From the NCBI RefSeq assembly GCF_000341395.1, contig NC_020304.1, positions 3,360,001 through 3,392,000 on the forward strand: a stretch of 32,000 nt of DNA, in the 5' to 3' direction. Position numbers and translations under genes: made by a program. Positions 28,367 to 32,000 of this stretch are shown in pieces. The DNA comes from Desulfocapsa sulfexigens DSM 10523 (lineage in GTDB: Bacteria > Desulfobacterota > Desulfobulbia > Desulfobulbales > Desulfocapsaceae). The notes below the pieces were generated by a model that worked only from the letters and a program-made list of their open reading frames with translations, made no database searches and was not told where the DNA came from. How positions within the stretch are numbered: the first letter of the stretch is position 1; each line of letters begins with the position of its first letter.

Positions 28367-31300
28367 ATGCCTAAACGCGACGACTTACAAAAAATAATGC
28401 TCATTGGTTCCGGGCCGATTATTATCGGTCAGGCATGTGAGTTTGATTACTCTGGAGTGCAGGCATGTAAAGCGCTGAAGGAAGAGGGGTATGAAGTAAT
28501 ACTGATCAATTCCAACCCGGCCACCATCATGACAGACCCGGAATTCGCACAACGCACCTATATTGAACCGCTTCAGGCCGATGTCCTTGAGGCAATTATC
28601 ATAAGAGAACGGCCAGATGCCCTGCTGCCAACCCTGGGGGGTCAAACAGCTCTGAACCTTGCACTCGATCTTGCCGACCGTGGTGTTCTTGAGCAGTATG
28701 GTGTTGAACTGCTGGGGGCAAATGCCCATTCCATCCGCAAGGCAGAGGACAGGCAACTGTTTAAGGAAGCCATGGCCAATATTGGTCTCGACCTGCCACG
28801 TAGCGGAACAGCGCACACCTTTGAAGAGGCGGTGCTGATCAGGGAGCAACTGGGCGTTTACCCCCTGGTGATTCGGCCTGGTTTCACCCTTGGCGGCACC
28901 GGTGGAGGTATTGCCTACAATAATCAGGATTTTGAAGAAACTGTCAACAGGGGACTGTTTTACAGCCCTACTTCCGAGGTACTCATTGAAGAGTCCATTC
29001 AGGGCTGGAAGGAGTTTGAGTTGGAGGTGATGCGGGACGGGAAAGATAACTGCGTGATTGTCTGTTCCATTGAAAACTTCGACCCCATGGGTATTCACAC
29101 GGGGGACTCCATCACGGTGGCTCCAATCCAGACCCTCACTGACCGCGAATACCAGCTCATGAGGGATGCCTCCCTTGCCGTCATGCGTGAAATTGGTGTG
29201 GAGACGGGTGGTTCCAACGTCCAGTTTGCCTTAAACCCCAAGGACGGCAGGATGGTCATCATTGAAATGAACCCGAGAGTCTCCCGTTCAAGCGCACTGG
29301 CCTCCAAGGCTACTGGTTTTCCCATAGCCAAGATTGCCGCTAAACTAGCCATTGGCTATACACTGGATGAACTGCAGAATGATATCACCCGTGAAACTCC
29401 GACCTGCTTTGAACCCACCCTGGATTATGTGGTAACCAAAATCCCGCGCTTCACCTTTGAAAAATTTCCGACCGCCGATGATACTTTGGGCACTCAGATG
29501 AAATCTGTCGGGGAAGCCATGAGCATTGGCAAGACATTTAAGCAATCCCTGCAAAAAGCCCTGCGTTCAATTGAGACCGGTCGGGCCGGTTTTGGTGCTG
29601 ATGGCAGGGACGGATCCCTTGAAACTTTAAGTGATGATGAACTTGAAAGCCGGCTGCGCACCGCAAAGCCGGATCGGATCTTTCTGATACGAGTCGCTTT
29701 TAGAAGATGTTGGAGCGTGGAAAAAGTACACCATCTTTGCACCGTTGACCCCTGGTTTCTTGGTCATCTAGCTGAGCTTGCCGCCTACGAGGATGAGATC
29801 AGAAGTGCTGAATCACTGAAAGGTCTCAGGCAGGATCTGCCTCTCTTTAGACAGGCTAAGGAATTTGGCTACTCAGATTGTCAAATTGCCTGGTTGCTGA
29901 ATACCACAGAGGAGAAGGTACGACAGGCCAGAATGGAGTGCAACCTTCTACCGGTATACTCTCAGGTTGACACCTGTGCAGCAGAGTTTGCAGCACATAC
30001 CCCTTATTTTTATTCAACCTATGGTGATGTCAACGAAAGCATACCAACAGAGCGAAAGAAGATCATGATCATTGGCGGCGGGCCAAACCGTATCGGCCAG
30101 GGTATCGAATTTGATTATTGCTGTGTTCATGGCTCATACGCACTGCAGGGTGCAGGGATTGAAACCATTATGGTGAATTCAAACCCTGAAACCGTCAGCA
30201 CCGACTACGACACCAGTGATCGTCTCTATTTTGAGCCTTTGACTCTGGAAGATATCCTTCATATCTATGGGAACGAAAAATGTGACGGTGCCATAGTTCA
30301 ATTTGGCGGCCAAACCCCGCTGAATCTCGCCCGTGATCTTGAAAAAAATGGAGTAACCGTCATCGGTACCAGCCCCGCTGATATTGAAGCTGCTGAAGAC
30401 CGTAAGTTTTTCAGCCGACTGGTGAAAAACCTTGGCATCCTCCAGCCTGAAAATGGTATGGCCTCGACCATTGAGGAAGCCAGGACCATAGCGGCAGAGA
30501 TCGGATATCCGGTGTTGATCCGTCCTTCATTTGTACTGGGCGGACGGGCTATGATGATTGTTTATGATGAAGAGATGCTCACAACATACATGGACGAGGC
30601 AGTTGATGCTTCGGAAGATCGACCTGTGCTGATTGATCGCTATCTTGAGGATGCGGTGGAGGTTGATGTGGACTGTATCTCGGATGGTCACACAACGGTT
30701 GTGGCCGCGGTCATGGAGCATATTGAACATGCCGGAGCTCATTCTGGTGATTCTGCCTGTATGATTCCTGCCGTCAGTCTTTCAGCTTCAACAGCTGAAA
30801 GCATCAGAAGCCATGCCCATTCACTGGCAAAGGGGTTACGGGTATGTGGATTGATGAATATTCAATTCGCCATCCATAACGAGGATGTGTATGTCCTTGA
30901 AGTCAATCCGCGCGCCTCACGTACCGTGCCCTTTGTCAGCAAGGCCATTGGCGTCCATCTGGCCAAACTTGGCGCTCTGGTTATGGCCGGATACAGCCTG
31001 GAGTCGCTTGGATTTACTGAAGAGATTATCCCGGCTCACTGCAGTGTCAAAGAGGCGGTATTTCCCTTTAATCGGTTTCCCGGGATTGATGTGCAGCTTG
31101 GCCCGGAAATGAAATCCACCGGTGAGGTCATGGGCATTGATCCTTTCATGAACCTTGCCTTTTATAAAAGTCAGCTGGCTGCCGGTAATCATATTCCCAC
31201 CAGCGGCAACATTTTCTTGAGTATCCGTAACCGGGATAAGGCTGCCATGCTCCCTCTTGCCGACAGACTGTTTAGAATTGGCTTCACCATCTTTGCTACC

Positions 31301-31639
31301 AGCGGCACCAGCAGTATTCTCGCAGATCACTCCATCCCCAGCCTCTCTGTTGCGAAAATCGCAGACGGCAGCCCCAATGTTCTTGATCTTATTGAGGAGA
31401 AGAAAGTGGACTGGCTGATCAATATCCCCACCGGCAGCACAACAACACGGATTGACGGAATAAAAATGCGCAGTCTGGCCGTAATGCGAGGACTGCCCAT
31501 CACCACAACCTTAAGCGGTATGCAGGCAGCAACAAATGGACTGTCAACGCTGAAAGAAAAGCCTATTACTGTCTGCAGCCTACAGGAATTTCACAGTAAT
31601 GCACCGCTGATCAACCTGCCAGGAGGCACAGCACCATGA
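28367..31639 (+). CDS. carB: Carbamoyl-phosphate synthase large subunit
   Basis: [22 protein letters not shown], duplicated ATP-grasp halves, [23 protein letters not shown]-terminal MGS-like domain. Confidence 0.97.
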   Translation: MPKRDDLQKIMLIGSGPIIIGQACEFDYSGVQACKALKEEGYEVILINSNPATIMTDPEFAQRTYIEPLQADVLEAIIIRERPDALLPTLGGQTALNLALDLADRGVLEQYGVELLGANAHSIRKAEDRQLFKEAMANIGLDLPRSGTAHTFEEAVLIREQLGVYPLVIRPGFTLGGTGGGIAYNNQDFEETVNRGLFYSPTSEVLIEESIQGWKEFELEVMRDGKDNCVIVCSIENFDPMGIHTGDSITVAPIQTLTDREYQLMRDASLAVMREIGVETGGSNVQFALNPKDGRMVIIEMNPRVSRSSALASKATGFPIAKIAAKLAIGYTLDELQNDITRETPTCFEPTLDYVVTKIPRFTFEKFPTADDTLGTQMKSVGEAMSIGKTFKQSLQKALRSIETGRAGFGADGRDGSLETLSDDELESRLRTAKPDRIFLIRVAFRRCWSVEKVHHLCTVDPWFLGHLAELAAYEDEIRSAESLKGLRQDLPLFRQAKEFGYSDCQIAWLLNTTEEKVRQARMECNLLPVYSQVDTCAAEFAAHTPYFYSTYGDVNESIPTERKKIMIIGGGPNRIGQGIEFDYCCVHGSYALQGAGIETIMVNSNPETVSTDYDTSDRLYFEPLTLEDILHIYGNEKCDGAIVQFGGQTPLNLARDLEKNGVTVIGTSPADIEAAEDRKFFSRLVKNLGILQPENGMASTIEEARTIAAEIGYPVLIRPSFVLGGRAMMIVYDEEMLTTYMDEAVDASEDRPVLIDRYLEDAVEVDVDCISDGHTTVVAAVMEHIEHAGAHSGDSACMIPAVSLSASTAESIRSHAHSLAKGLRVCGLMNIQFAIHNEDVYVLEVNPRASRTVPFVSKAIGVHLAKLGALVMAGYSLESLGFTEEIIPAHCSVKEAVFPFNRFPGIDVQLGPEMKSTGEVMGIDPFMNLAFYKSQLAAGNHIPTSGNIFLSIRNRDKAAMLPLADRLFRIGFTIFATSGTSSILADHSIPSLSVAKIADGSPNVLDLIEEKKVDWLINIPTGSTTTRIDGIKMRSLAVMRGLPITTTLSGMQAATNGLSTLKEKPITVCSLQEFHSNAPLINLPGGTAP

Positions 31640-32000
31640 AAGAAGTACAATCAAAATCCTGGGATTGGGCAGCAAAAAGGGAAAAAAAAGCATTTCTTGC
31701 GCTTGAAGACGGCTCAATATATCATGGCTACTCAATTGGGTTTACTCGTGACACCATGGGAGAAGTTGTCTCTAATACCGGCATGACGGGGTATCAGGAG
31801 ATACTCTCTGATCCCTCTTACAGTGGCCAGTTGATCACTCTGACCTACCCTGAAATCGGCAACACAGGAGTAAACCCGGCTGATATGGAGTCAAGAGGTA
31901 TATTTGCCCGTGGTCTGATTGTTCATGATTACAACATTCACAGCAACTGGCGGGCCAAGGAACCGCTCAGCTCATGGCTTACCCGCAGCAAAGTGCCAGC
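31636..32000 (+). CDS. carA: Carbamoyl-phosphate synthase small subunit, N-terminal part (runs off window)
   Basis: ATG overlaps the carB stop. [63 protein letters not shown]. Confidence 0.95.
   Translation, partial: MKEVQSKSWDWAAKREKKAFLALEDGSIYHGYSIGFTRDTMGEVVSNTGMTGYQEILSDPSYSGQLITLTYPEIGNTGVNPADMESRGIFARGLIVHDYNIHSNWRAKEPLSSWLTRSKVP

Noticed and set aside
30917-31330. 137 aa minus-strand ORF within carB
   Set aside because: carB is unambiguous across this region. The antisense frame is a by-product.

Overview
The window looks like part of a chromosome from an anaerobic, cytochrome-rich (sulfate-reducer-like) bacterium. The taxonomic guess is an inference. The left 18.4 kb holds two related redox/regulatory gene sets. 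Set 1: 3' end of ftsH (1-1125), a sensor-like protein lacking a kinase domain, a nonaheme cytochrome made of three triheme repeats, an NrfD-like membrane subunit and a Tat-signal 4x[4Fe-4S] protein, ending at a perfect intrinsic terminator. A regulatory cassette follows: GAF/PAS histidine kinase, a membrane double-PAS protein with no output domain, and an NtrC-class sigma-54 activator. Set 2: an ISXO2/IS1595-like transposase-derived protein with apparently destroyed catalytic residues, a full ftsH, a pentaheme cytochrome, a Tat-signal FeS protein, an NrfD-like protein and a degenerate sensor kinase. A strong -24/-12 (sigma-54) promoter match precedes set 2, with dyad sites sharing the motif CYACACTTMTGTRG upstream of it. 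A second -24/-12 match and one more copy of the motif precede the regulatory cassette. The right part contains an NhaR-like LysR regulator (minus strand), small proteins including an amphi-Trp protein, a P-type ATPase, a voltage-gated-type ion channel overlapping a histidine kinase that overlaps a GGEEF diguanylate cyclase, a CcsA/CcsB-like cytochrome c maturation protein, a DUF2294/MpsC-like protein, and carB followed by partial carA. The best candidate for something undescribed is the sigma-54-linked module combining a domesticated transposase, a dedicated FtsH, a multiheme/NrfD complex and decayed kinases. No CRISPR array, tRNA or rRNA was recognised.
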